Assembly (NCBI GenBank): GCA_963777605.1
Contig: CAVZRV010000011.1
Span: 192,001 to 256,000, forward strand
Origin: an uncultured Acidobacteriota bacterium
Lineage (GTDB): Bacteria > Acidobacteriota > UBA6911 > RPQK01 > JAPXNP01
DNA length: 64,000 nucleotides
Reading direction: 5' to 3'
Below are positions 41,936 to 51,702 of this stretch, piece after piece (position 1 is the first letter of the stretch; the number at the start of each line of letters is the position of its first letter). A program made the position numbers and the translations under genes. Under the pieces are notes generated by a model that saw only the letters and a program-made list of their open reading frames with translations, ran no database searches and was not told where the DNA came from.

Positions 41936-43054
41936 ATGACACGACACAACATTCCGTTGGGCAGGATTCTGGGAATTCCGATCGGCGTGGATTATTCCTG
42001 GTTCATAATCTTCCTGCTCCTGACCTGGATGCTCGCGGGCAGCTATTACCCTGCCGAATTCACGAACTGGTCCCCCCCGCTCTACTGGATCATGGGAGCG
42101 GTAACCGCGATCATGCTCTTCGTGAGCGTGCTGCTCCACGAGCTGGGACATTCTGTCCTGGCCCTGCGATACAAGATCCCGGTTCGCAGCATCACGCTTT
42201 TCCTGTTTGGAGGCGTAGCCCAGATCGGGGCGGAACCACCCAGCGCCATTGCCGAATTTCTCATCGCAATCGCAGGCCCCCTGGTCAGCCTGGGACTTGC
42301 AGTCTTCTTCTACGCGATCCAGCCAATGGTGGGCGGCATAGCGCCGCTTTTCGGCCTCGCAGAGTACCTCGCCTACATCAACCTGGCTCTGGTCGTGTTC
42401 AACCTGATTCCGGGATACCCCCTCGACGGGGGTCGTGTCTTCCGGGCGATCATGTGGCGGATTACTGGAAACATGAGGCGAGCCACGTTGATTGCCGCGA
42501 ACGTGGGCCGGTTCTTTGCGTTCGTGTTCATCTTCGCCGGCGTCTGGCAGATCTTCCAGGGCAACTTCGGGGGAGGCCTTTGGATCGCCTTCATCGGATG
42601 GTTCCTTGACAATGCCGCCTCGGCGCAGGTCCAACAATTGGCCATCCAGGGGATTCTCGCGGGTCACACTGTCGAACAGGCAATGAGCAGGAACTGTGTC
42701 TCCGTGCCCGAGAACCTGACGCTGCAACAACTGGTAGATGAGCACATCCTGGGTGGGGGTCAACGCTGTTTTCTTGTCAACGAGGGTAGCCGGACCGTCG
42801 GAATGATGACCCTTCATCGAATCCAGGAAGTACCGCGGACCGATTGGTCCACAACAAGTGCCGGCCAGGTGATGATTCCTGCCGGACAACTGAAACAGAC
42901 CTCTCCCGAGGCCGAACTCTGGTCGGCCCTCCAACAGATGGACCGTGACGGCGTCAACCAGCTGCCGGTCATTCAGGAAAGCAATTTCGTCGGAATGCTC
43001 AGTCGGGAAGATGTCATCAGTTTTCTGAGGACTCTTCGGGAACTTGGGTCATAG
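41936..43054 (+). CDS. Site-2 protease (M50) with C-terminal CBS pair
   Basis: HELGH, LFGGVA, AIAGP, FNLIPGYPLDGGR; CBS motifs at the C-terminus. Confidence 0.94.
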   Translation: MTRHNIPLGRILGIPIGVDYSWFIIFLLLTWMLAGSYYPAEFTNWSPPLYWIMGAVTAIMLFVSVLLHELGHSVLALRYKIPVRSITLFLFGGVAQIGAEPPSAIAEFLIAIAGPLVSLGLAVFFYAIQPMVGGIAPLFGLAEYLAYINLALVVFNLIPGYPLDGGRVFRAIMWRITGNMRRATLIAANVGRFFAFVFIFAGVWQIFQGNFGGGLWIAFIGWFLDNAASAQVQQLAIQGILAGHTVEQAMSRNCVSVPENLTLQQLVDEHILGGGQRCFLVNEGSRTVGMMTLHRIQEVPRTDWSTTSAGQVMIPAGQLKQTSPEAELWSALQQMDRDGVNQLPVIQESNFVGMLSREDVISFLRTLRELGS

Positions 43055-43112
43055 CAAAGTCGAACAGGCCTAACGTCGATCGATCGAAGTCAACAAACGG
43101 ACAGGCCGCAAA

Positions 43113-43751
43113 ATGGAGACTCTTGAGCAGCGCGTTCGGCGGGTAATTCAGGAGGAAGTCCGGATCGTACGTTACAATCCCGTCTGGCCGGTCTGGTTTC
43201 TCCAGGAAAAGGAGCACCTCCTGGACTGTCTCCCGGATGATCTCATCCGGCGGATCGAACACTTCGGCAGCACCGCCGTTCCGGGTATGGCTGCTAAGCC
43301 GGTCGTGGACATGCTCGTGGAGGTAACCGACCTGGCCGAAGTCAGGAAACGGGTGGTTCCCATACTCGAATCCCAGGGCTACGAGTACTTCTGGCGCCCA
43401 ACCCACGGCGACGACGGACTGCCGTTTTACGCCTGGTTCATCAAGCGGAACGCGTGGGCCGGGACTCGAACCCACCACATTCACATGGTCGAAAAAAGCT
43501 TCCGGGAACACTGGGAACGCCTCCTCTTTCGCGACTACCTCATCGAGCACCCGGAGGTCGCTCTTCAGTACGCCGAGATGAAAACTCGACTGGCGTCGGA
43601 CTTCTCCCGCGACCGAGTGGCCTATACCAGCGGCAAAGCCGATTTCATCGACAAAGTCACGAAGCTGGCCAGGGAATCTCTTCAAGTGGCCGCAGAAGGC
43701 AGGAGACCGGAGACCGGAGACAGTGTCCCACCCCTTTCGAGGAGAGATTGA
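43113..43751 (+). CDS. GrpB family protein
   Basis: Y.P.WP..F..E, IEHFGSTAVPG..AKP.VD, HHIH, FRDYL, Y...K..LA, Y...K..FI. Confidence 0.9.
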   Translation: METLEQRVRRVIQEEVRIVRYNPVWPVWFLQEKEHLLDCLPDDLIRRIEHFGSTAVPGMAAKPVVDMLVEVTDLAEVRKRVVPILESQGYEYFWRPTHGDDGLPFYAWFIKRNAWAGTRTHHIHMVEKSFREHWERLLFRDYLIEHPEVALQYAEMKTRLASDFSRDRVAYTSGKADFIDKVTKLARESLQVAAEGRRPETGDSVPPLSRRD

Positions 43752-43926
43752 AAGGGAGAAACTCCGGCGCCGAATGAAGAGTTTCTGGAAAGAACACTGG
43801 AGTGAGGCTGTTCGTCGTTCATCGATTCGGTGACGCTGATTTCTCTTGTCTGGGCCCGGTGTGCATGAGACGATCGCCGCAGGGATTGGTCCCGAGTTCG
43901 AAAATCAATTGAGCGGAGGGCGCATC

Positions 43927-44430
43927 ATGGGAAATCAGATGGACCGTCGCAGAATGCTTCGCCATTCTTTGAGCGTCTCGGCCGCAGCGGTGGTGGGTGT
44001 CGGCTACGAACACAGGGCTCTCTTTGGACAAATGGTCGATCGTTCGAAGCGCAACGAGACGAAGCCTCCCGTGACCGGCTTGCAGAGCGGGAAATTCGGC
44101 GGCAGGGAGGTTTCCCGCCTGATCATCGGTGGGAATCTGGTCAGCGGATCCGCTCACGCCGGGGACCTTCTTTATCAGTCCGAATTGATGACCCGCTACT
44201 TCACGGACGAAAAGATCCGGGAGACCTGGAGGATCGCCCAGGAGAACGGCATCAACACAACCCTGATGCGAGCCGATCCTCACATCATCGGCAACTACCG
44301 GGAGTACTGCCGGACATTCGGAGAAGGTCTGCAGTGGATCGCCCAGACGGCCCCTGAGCAGGGAGACCCGGTCGAGAACGCCCGCAAGGCAGCCGACAAC
44401 GGAGCCTTTGCCGTCTACTTCCAGTTCTGA
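43927..44430 (+). pseudogene. C-terminally truncated Tat-exported aldo/keto-reductase-like protein
   Basis: GGAGG RBS; DRRRML leader; G.FGG.EVSRLIIGGN..SG.AH, GINT, QWIAQ. Stops at about 167 aa, overlapping the end of the convergent gene. Confidence 0.65.
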
Positions 44431-46085
44431 GGGACTCTGTCGTCCTCGGTGACGTCATCCCTGGAAAGGATGCGCCCTTTTTCAACACCGAAGGAGATGT
44501 CCGACCTGGTGCCTTCGATCTTGATCGGGATGACTGCCCCGGCTCCCCTTCGCTTGAAGAGTGGATCGATCGGCTTGAGTAACAATGACTTGATCCCACC
44601 CGTCATTTGGGAGACCTTCGCCTCCGTCAGGAGCTCACCACGAAAGTTAACTGATTCATCGACAAGGCTGTAATCACCATTGAGGGCGACGGTTGCACCC
44701 GGAACCTTGAAGCGCAAGCGCCGAACCTGCATCAAGCCCTTACTGAGCAAAAATTCTCCAGAGATGTCCGAAACCACAGCTTTCGGTGCAGGGCCTTCCC
44801 GTTTTGGGCGATCCCCCCGGCCCAGTTCGCTGAGCAGATTGACCTTCTCCTGAACCGCGGGAATCGGAAACTCGGTTGATCGAATCTGGAAGTGCCCCTT
44901 GAGCTGCAGTTTTTCGAGGACGTCCACCTTTCCGGGAGGAATCAGGATCTTGGAATCGAAAGAAAGAATACCCGTCAGAAGAGGCTGGTCGGTTTTGACC
45001 GCCAGCTTCAGAAAGTCCTCGATCCGTCCATCAGTTCCATCTGCCTGGAGATCGATGGTCTTGCCCTTTTCGCCGGGCTTTCCGGCCACCGAACCGTTGG
45101 CAGTAAACTTCGAGCTTTCAATCCGCACCTTGATCGGGTCCAGAAAGGTATCCCCACTCGTACCGTCTACTACGGCCTTAAATTCAGTCTCCAGGTTGAC
45201 AGGTGTCCCGACCGGCTTCAGGTAGAAGTCCGGCGTGCGGGTAGTACCCTGGACCTCAATGTGTTCCAGGACTCCGCTGAATTCACCGTCCGAGTCGAGT
45301 GTTCCTCCGATGCCACCCAGGTCCGACAAGTCTGCCCCTTCAAAGACGTACTTCCCGCCGACCGGAGATCCCCCGGGGTCAGGGAGAGTCAGTGGTCCAA
45401 AAACTCCGGTCGTCCGGATTCGGCCCGGCGGCTTGGCATTGTCCAATTCCGCCTCGAACTTCATCGGACTCCGGGGTCCAACTGACGTCATTCTGAGTTG
45501 ATGAAGATCGAATTCGAGGGGTTCCTTCTCGGGGTTCCTGGAATGAATCAAGAGCACTGCGCCGTCGGCGATCAAACGGTCGAAGACAAACACCGGCGTC
45601 TGTCTCAAGGCAGCCGAGCCGGCGCCAGATTGGTCTCCGGTTCTCTTCCGAGGAGAAATCTGGATCTCCATCTGATTGAGGTCCAGTTTTCGAATCCGAA
45701 CGGGATCGGACCAGAGGCCTTTCAATCCGACTTCGACCTTGAACTCCTCGATCTCCAGAAACGGCGGGGCTCCCTGGCGCCCCTTGAGACTCAACCGCAG
45801 CCCCTTGCCCACGGCGCTGAAGGAAGGAAGCGGGTCGAAAGTTGGTCGAACCGCGAAATCCAGTGAGGAAAGCTGAACGTCGTCGAAACGCTGGCTCAAC
45901 AGTTCGACCGCTCTTGCCCTGGCGTTTGACCTCAGCCAGTGGGCACCCCAAATGCCAACGCCGACAAGGACGCCGAAGACCGCAAGGAAGCTTATCAGGC
46001 ACCAGATCAGCAGCGACCGGATACGGGACCGCGGCGCTGATCGTTTCCGTACTTCCCCGCTTCCCCGCTTCTCCTCCGTGGTCAC
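44415..46085 (-). CDS. AsmA-like C-terminal domain protein
   Basis: N-terminal TM, beta-rich body, G.Y.L....NF.G.L...AKVSQM..G.KSLLLKP.DPLF....G.VIPIKI.GT. Confidence 0.82.
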   Translation of the reverse strand: MTTEEKRGSGEVRKRSAPRSRIRSLLIWCLISFLAVFGVLVGVGIWGAHWLRSNARARAVELLSQRFDDVQLSSLDFAVRPTFDPLPSFSAVGKGLRLSLKGRQGAPPFLEIEEFKVEVGLKGLWSDPVRIRKLDLNQMEIQISPRKRTGDQSGAGSAALRQTPVFVFDRLIADGAVLLIHSRNPEKEPLEFDLHQLRMTSVGPRSPMKFEAELDNAKPPGRIRTTGVFGPLTLPDPGGSPVGGKYVFEGADLSDLGGIGGTLDSDGEFSGVLEHIEVQGTTRTPDFYLKPVGTPVNLETEFKAVVDGTSGDTFLDPIKVRIESSKFTANGSVAGKPGEKGKTIDLQADGTDGRIEDFLKLAVKTDQPLLTGILSFDSKILIPPGKVDVLEKLQLKGHFQIRSTEFPIPAVQEKVNLLSELGRGDRPKREGPAPKAVVSDISGEFLLSKGLMQVRRLRFKVPGATVALNGDYSLVDESVNFRGELLTEAKVSQMTGGIKSLLLKPIDPLFKRRGAGAVIPIKIEGTRSDISFGVEKGRILSRDDVTEDDRVPQNWK

Positions 46086-46434
46086 TTTGGATCCTTGCGG
46101 TCTGCCCCGGGGTCCAGAAACCGAAATCCGGGAAAGTCAGACATTCTCGAGTTGAATTCAAGCGGATTTGCCGGGTGATTGGCATCCCTGAGTGCGCTAG
46201 CGGCCGACGTCATTATCTCGATCCCTCCCTGATTGAATGCGTCCAGAAGGTTCTTATTCAGTTCTCAGTATATCTGACCAATTTAGGCCGGCGACTCGAT
46301 GAACACGTTCAGTTCATAAGGGACGGCGAAATCCCTCTCATTCTTGTATGGTTGGGCAATCAACTCTGCCCCGGGAATTGGGGCCAACATACTGGTCGCC
46401 CCCTCTTCCGTGCCGCGTATCGTCACCGGAAGGA

Positions 46435-47853
46435 TCACCAGAGGCCGAGAACCTTCCACCAAAATCCACCGATCAGGAGCCAGATCAGGAGGTTGACGAC
46501 ACTGATCAGGAAGCCGAGTTTCCACCAGGTCCCCAGATCGATATATCCGGCACCGAAATAGATCGGGGACGGCCCGGTCCCGTAGTGGGTCATGGCTGCG
46601 TTCAGGCTGTTCATGAATCCGAGCGTGAGTGCAGCCAGGGCCACTGGCGTCCCCAATCCGATCGCCACGAGCCCGAACGGGACGTAAAACGCAGTTGCGT
46701 GCGCGGTCATTGAGGCAACGAAATAGTGGAGGTAGACGTAGGCCAGCACCAGGAGGATGAACCCCGGCAGCCAGTAGTTCATTCCGGAGAGCCGCTGACT
46801 CATGGTTCCCGCCAGAAAGTCGATGACGCCGAGTTTCCCGAGGCCTGCCGCAAGGGAGACCAGACCGCCGAACCAGACAAGGGCATCCCAGGCACCCTTC
46901 TCCGTGACAACGTCATCCCACCCCAGAACGCCAGTCAACAGCAGAGTTCCAACTGCGCCAAGGGCAATTCCGGTCACATTCAATCCGCTCCACTGACTGG
47001 TCGCCCAGCAGCCCAGGGTGACCAGAAAGACTCCCGTCATCTTCCACTCTGCTGGAGTCATCGGTCCCATGCGTTCCAGTTCGCTGCGGGCCATGCGCTT
47101 TGCATCACCGGCATGCTGCGTTTCCGGCTTCAACCACCGGTGAAGGAGCAGCGGGATCAGGGCCAGAGAGACCGCAGCGGGAACAACGGCGGCAGCAAAC
47201 CACCCGAACCAGCTGATTTCATATCCGAAACTTTGAGCGGCAAGCAGCACGATCATCGCATTGGGAGCGACCCCGGTCAGAAACATGGCGGAGGTCACCA
47301 GGTTGACCTGGAACTCGTTGTAGATCAGAAAGGCTCCGGCTTTCCTGGCAGTCGGCCCTGGCTCCGAGCCGAGGCTGCTGCACAGCGATCGGACAATCGG
47401 AAACAAAATCCCGCCGGCCCTTGCCGTGTTCGACGGAGTCGCAGGAGCGATAATCAGATCGGCCAGGGTCAGCGAGTAGCCGAGGCCCAGGGTACTGCTC
47501 CCAATTTTGCTCACGGCCAGAAAAGCGATCCTGGAACCCAACCCTGTTTTGATAAATCCCCGTGCAAAGAGAAAAGCCGTCACGATCAGCCAGACGGTGC
47601 CGTTTGCAAACCCAGCCAGGGAATCAGCGAGAGAGAGAGTCCCGGTAACGGCGGCGACCGAGACTCCAAGCAAGACGACCGCACCCTGTGGAAGCGGCTG
47701 CAGGACGAGCCCCAAAATTGTGGCAACGAAAATGGCCACGAGGTGGAGAGCGTTGACTTCCAGATTCCCGGGGGGTGGAACCATCCAAATCACAGCAGCA
47801 ACGGCGATTACAGGCAGGCCGCGGACTAGCTTACTCTTCAGGTCAGGCTGCAT
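46435..47853 (-). CDS. DASS family di/tricarboxylate transporter (CitT/TtdT/YflS-like)
   Basis: KTGLG.RIA, PATPSNTARAGG, SAMFLT..APN, HYF.AS.TAH, THYG.GP.PIYFG.GY. Confidence 0.93.
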   Translation of the reverse strand: MQPDLKSKLVRGLPVIAVAAVIWMVPPPGNLEVNALHLVAIFVATILGLVLQPLPQGAVVLLGVSVAAVTGTLSLADSLAGFANGTVWLIVTAFLFARGFIKTGLGSRIAFLAVSKIGSSTLGLGYSLTLADLIIAPATPSNTARAGGILFPIVRSLCSSLGSEPGPTARKAGAFLIYNEFQVNLVTSAMFLTGVAPNAMIVLLAAQSFGYEISWFGWFAAAVVPAAVSLALIPLLLHRWLKPETQHAGDAKRMARSELERMGPMTPAEWKMTGVFLVTLGCWATSQWSGLNVTGIALGAVGTLLLTGVLGWDDVVTEKGAWDALVWFGGLVSLAAGLGKLGVIDFLAGTMSQRLSGMNYWLPGFILLVLAYVYLHYFVASMTAHATAFYVPFGLVAIGLGTPVALAALTLGFMNSLNAAMTHYGTGPSPIYFGAGYIDLGTWWKLGFLISVVNLLIWLLIGGFWWKVLGLW

Positions 47854-48033
47854 GCTGATGGCTTCCCCTCCTTCAGGTCCCGTTTTCCTGTTCAGCGAAC
47901 TGAGGTTAACATTACCATCTGGTACCGGGATTCTCGGATTCCGTGATTTTGTGGGGAAAAGTAGTCACCGAAACAGCCCGGGTGTTGCCCCTGCTCAAGT
48001 AGGAAATCGGAAAACAGTGGCGAAAGGATCTTC

Positions 48034-49116
48034 GTGATGGACAGGTTTTCAGTGGCGGTGATTCCAGGAGACGGAATCGGGATCGAAGTCGTCGCGGCAG
48101 CTAAACGGGCCCTCGACATCGGGTGCGCACTCGACGGAGGTATCCGGCTCGATTACACCGAATTCCCCTGGGGATGCGAGTACTACCAGCACCATGGCCG
48201 GATGGCGCCAGAGGGCTTCATTGAAACGCTCTCGGCGTTCGACAGCATCCTCCTCGGCGCAGTCGGGTTTCCCGGAGTGCCCGATCATGTCTCCTTGTGG
48301 GGGCTGCTCCTGCCGATTCGCCGCCAGTTCGAACAGTACGTCAATCTGCGCCCGGTCCGGGTTCTCCCCGGAGTCACGAGTCCCCTTCGAGGGCGGCAGG
48401 CGGGCGATTTTGATTTCGTTGTGATCCGGGAGAACACCGAGGGTGAGTATTCCAGCTCTGGAGGGAGGATCCACTCCGGATTTCCGCACGAACTGGTCAT
48501 CCAAAATACGGTTTTCACGAGGGTCGGCACTGAACGAATCATTCGGTATGCGTTCGCGCAGGCCCAAAAAGCCTCCAGAAAACGCCTCTGTGGTGCAACA
48601 AAATCAAACGGGATCAACTGGACGATGCCCTTCTGGGATGAAGTCTTCAACGAAATTGGCGAACAGGAGTTCCCGGAAGTGCAGCGGAGCCTGACTCACA
48701 TCGATGCACTGAGCGCATTTTTTGTTCTCAAGCCGCAGGAATTCGACGTCGTCGTGGCGTCGAACCTGTTCGGCGACATCCTGACCGACCTCGGTGGTGC
48801 CATCGCCGGGGGAATCGGGATCGCACCCTCAGCCAACATCAATCCTGAAAAGCGCTTCCCGTCGATGTTCGAGCCGGTCCACGGCTCAGCTCCAGATATT
48901 GCCGGGAAAGGCATCGCCAACCCGATCGGGCAGATCTGGTCGGCCTCGATGATGCTCGATCACCTTGGACGTCCTGACCTGGGCGGTCGGTTGCTGCAGG
49001 CAGTCGAGAGAACCCTTTCGGAAACCAATTTGAGAACTCCGGATTTCGGGGGGACCGCAACGACCACTGAGTTCACCGACGAAGTCATCGCTCAGTTGAA
49101 ATCCTGCGACTGGTGA
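48034..49116 (+). CDS. ttuC: Tartrate dehydrogenase/decarboxylase (D-malate dehydrogenase family)
   Basis: IPGDGIG.EV, VPDHVSLWGLL, RENTEGEYS, ATKSNGI..TMPFWD, SNLFGDIL.D, PSMFEPVHGSAPDIAG. Confidence 0.92.
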   Translation: MMDRFSVAVIPGDGIGIEVVAAAKRALDIGCALDGGIRLDYTEFPWGCEYYQHHGRMAPEGFIETLSAFDSILLGAVGFPGVPDHVSLWGLLLPIRRQFEQYVNLRPVRVLPGVTSPLRGRQAGDFDFVVIRENTEGEYSSSGGRIHSGFPHELVIQNTVFTRVGTERIIRYAFAQAQKASRKRLCGATKSNGINWTMPFWDEVFNEIGEQEFPEVQRSLTHIDALSAFFVLKPQEFDVVVASNLFGDILTDLGGAIAGGIGIAPSANINPEKRFPSMFEPVHGSAPDIAGKGIANPIGQIWSASMMLDHLGRPDLGGRLLQAVERTLSETNLRTPDFGGTATTTEFTDEVIAQLKSCDW

Positions 49117-49230
49117 TCCGGCGAAGGGCTCCTCATCCCGTGGTCAGCAGGCATTCGCTGTCTCCCGGCAACCCATGGGAGGCCCGAACGCCCCTTCGGA
49201 AAATCCCCGCTCAGCGCGACCGTCTGGTTC

Positions 49231-49763
49231 TCAGTCCTTCTTCTCCAGGAAGCTCTCCAGGTCTTTGATAGCGTCCCTGGCAACTGACTGGCTACTTAAT
49301 GTCCGCCTCTCGTAATAGCGAATGACCTTCGGAGGCTGTGAACTGGTGAGAATCGCGAATACATGAAAGAAACGTTGGGTCGGCATGGCCGCGTCACCGC
49401 CGGCCGGGTCGTCCGGAAACATTGACGGATGGTTGCCATGGGTATAAGTCTGGTAGTCGTTAAAGACCACCACGTCCGCAGACTCCGGATCCTGCGTTTC
49501 AGTCCACCCGAACTGCTTTTCGAGCTCCATCGCCAGCTTCTTTGCCTCATCCTGGTTGGGAGCTTTCGCGAGCCAATAGGTATGCACATCACGCAGGACC
49601 TCGCGACACTTCGACGCCGGTTTTACTTTCGCCAATTGGTCCAGGCGGTAGGCGGGTTGCGTCGTCCCTGGATCAGTCTGAGGGCTGGCCAAAGTGAGCG
49701 CGGAATCTGACCAACAGAACGGCGAGGAACAAGGGATACGTCGCTAAGATGGATCCTGCTCAT
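49231..49763 (-). CDS. Hypothetical secreted protein; signal region interrupted by two apparent +1 insertions
   Basis: ORF 49231-49692 lacks a good start. From ATG 49763 (GGAG upstream), removing two bases gives MSRIILATYPLFLAVLLVSSALTLASPQ, a plausible signal peptide. Confidence 0.5.
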
Positions 49764-50275
49764 CGCATCGACTCCATTTTCACTCCCTATACTCTAGCTT
49801 GATGCGAATAACAGAGTCAAGGTTCAAACATCACCCGTCGATGGCCGGTTGCAGATCCTCACAGTTCCCTACAAAACCCATAGATCTTATGAAATTGGGC
49901 CATAACAAATATGGTCTTTGCAGGATGACTCTCCTGGCACAGGGCTCCGGGATTGCGTCTTCCGATCAATAAAAGATCAGTATATTCATAGGTTTGGCAA
50001 TCTCCCGTCCTGATCACCCGGAGTCTGGAACGTTTCTTGCTTCAGCTACTTCGAAATCAAATTCCATCCGCCAGGGCCGGGGGCGGCCCGTCACGCTTCA
50101 ACATGGAATGGTATGCAGCCTGCGGAGTCGCGACTGGCCAGGATCCGGTCTGGGGATGGAGAGTCCTTGGAATTCACGTTTCTCAAGTGAGGATGCTCTC
50201 TCAGCGTCGGTCGAGTAAGGCTTTTGCGAAGACTGACTTGATGCATCCGCGACAGACCAAAGGAGGGTGGTCAAA

Positions 50276-51390
50276 ATGCGAGTATCTACATCAATCCTGG
50301 GAGCAGGGGTTGCCGGTTTGGTAATGATGGTGGGTGGCGTCCAGACTGCGTACGGCCAGGGGTGAGTGGTCGCCCGTCAGGGTGCGCCCGTGATTGGCGC
50401 AATTACGCAGACAAGTCGGGCATTCGGTGAGGGCGGAGAGGCAGGGACCGGCACCAGGCCGAGATCGCCTGCAGACAAGTGGCTGATCGCTGTTGGATAC
50501 CGATGGCAAGATTCGTTCCGCCATTTTCGCGGACCCAACGAGGAAGCGAATCGGATTGCCGACGGCACTCAGGTCGAAAACAGACTGCACCTGTTTGACG
50601 TCGCGGTCAGCTACCAGGCGTCTCCACGATGGAGCGTCAATGCAAGTGCTCCCTTCATGACTGTGGACCGCATCTCTCACGGTCCCGGAACCGTGACTGG
50701 GAGTGCCGGAATCGGTGACATGTCGGTTGGGGCGAAGGTTTGGCTCTTTAAACCTCCTACCGAGTCCGGGCCAGAACATCCAGGTCGGATTCTCTCTGAA
50801 ATTACCCACAGGGGATTCCAACGTCACAGACCAGGTCGGAGACAGCACCGTGGTCGTGGACCAATCGATTCAGTTGGGAGATTCGGGAACCGGGTTTTCA
50901 GTCGATTACACGGCCTTCAAGACGATCAACCGATTCACTTTGTTCTCCTCGGGGGTCTACCTCTTCAACCCGAAAAACTCTTATACTCCAAAGGGATGGA
51001 ACGAATCTTATCGACCTCCCGGCTACCCGGGCTACTCCAGGCCGGGAACGGTCTATTCCGTTCCTGACGCGTATCTCGTCCAGGCTGGGATTCGGATACG
51101 CCCCACCAAAGCCGTTTTACGGTTTAGCGCTTACGGCCACAGGTCGGATTGAGGGGATTCCGGCATTCGACGTCATCGGTGGAGAGGACGGTTTCCGTCG
51201 TCCCGGGTATGCAGTGTCGGTGGGTCCGGGCTTGATGTTTACCAAGAACAGCGACACATTTTCATTCAGCGTCCCAATTGCTGTCTATCGCAACCGGACC
51301 AGAAGCGCTTCCGACATTGAGAGCGGGAGGCATGGAGATGCGGCTTTTGCCGATTACCTGATACTGCTCGCGTATTCCCGTACCTTTTAA
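50276..51390 (+). CDS. Outer-membrane beta-barrel protein, candidate selenoprotein (in-frame TGA at codon 30); two +1 frameshifts near 50770 and 51088
   Basis: AGGAGG at 50261, ATG 50276; MRVSTSILGAGVAGLVMMVGGVQTAYG-QG-[TGA 50363-65]-VVARQG. Then SFRHFRG, GIGDM, LKLPTG, DQSIQLGD.GTG, YLFNP, SVPD.Y, GFRRPGY, RHGDAAFADY and C-terminal AYSRTF beta-signal. About 370 aa once repaired. Confidence 0.8.
50366..50412 (+). promoter_or_regulatory. Candidate bacterial SECIS element
   Basis: Stem TGCGCC(50383-88)/GGCGCA(50396-401), loop CGTGATT with GU at positions 2-3, loop starting 24 nt after the UGA; lower pairings CGT/ACG and GTC/GAC. Confidence 0.6.
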
Positions 51391-51702
51391 GGCTCCGTTC
51401 GCACGACCGGTCGCCCGTTCGCAAACTGCGCCCTGTGGGGCGGTCTCAGCCGCCGCCGGGGTCGGGAAGGGTGCGAACGGGCCATCCTGGTCTCAGTCGG
51501 GCGAGCGAGGGCGCCGATCGCGCACCTGTTTGCGGACTCATTTGGTCGACGAAGCGTTCATCGCGCTTCCGCGGCGCAGACGACCCCATATCGCTCGAAT
51601 GGTCGAAGCCTCCAGGAACGAAGGGAATCGGGTTCGACTGGTACCCGACTTCTTCCGTTTCAGTAGAAATTCGCTTAGACCGCGGGCAGTTGCCGATTTC
51701 GA

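Noticed and set aside
49755-49780. Second in-frame TGA on the minus strand (MESMR*AGS) as selenocysteine
   Set aside because: No Cys-type context or evident SECIS; better explained by a start at ATG 49763 plus insertion errors.
50000-50270. Known riboswitch (cobalamin, TPP, SAM, Moco, FMN) in the leader
   Set aside because: I could not find the conserved core motifs by eye; a covariance search is needed.
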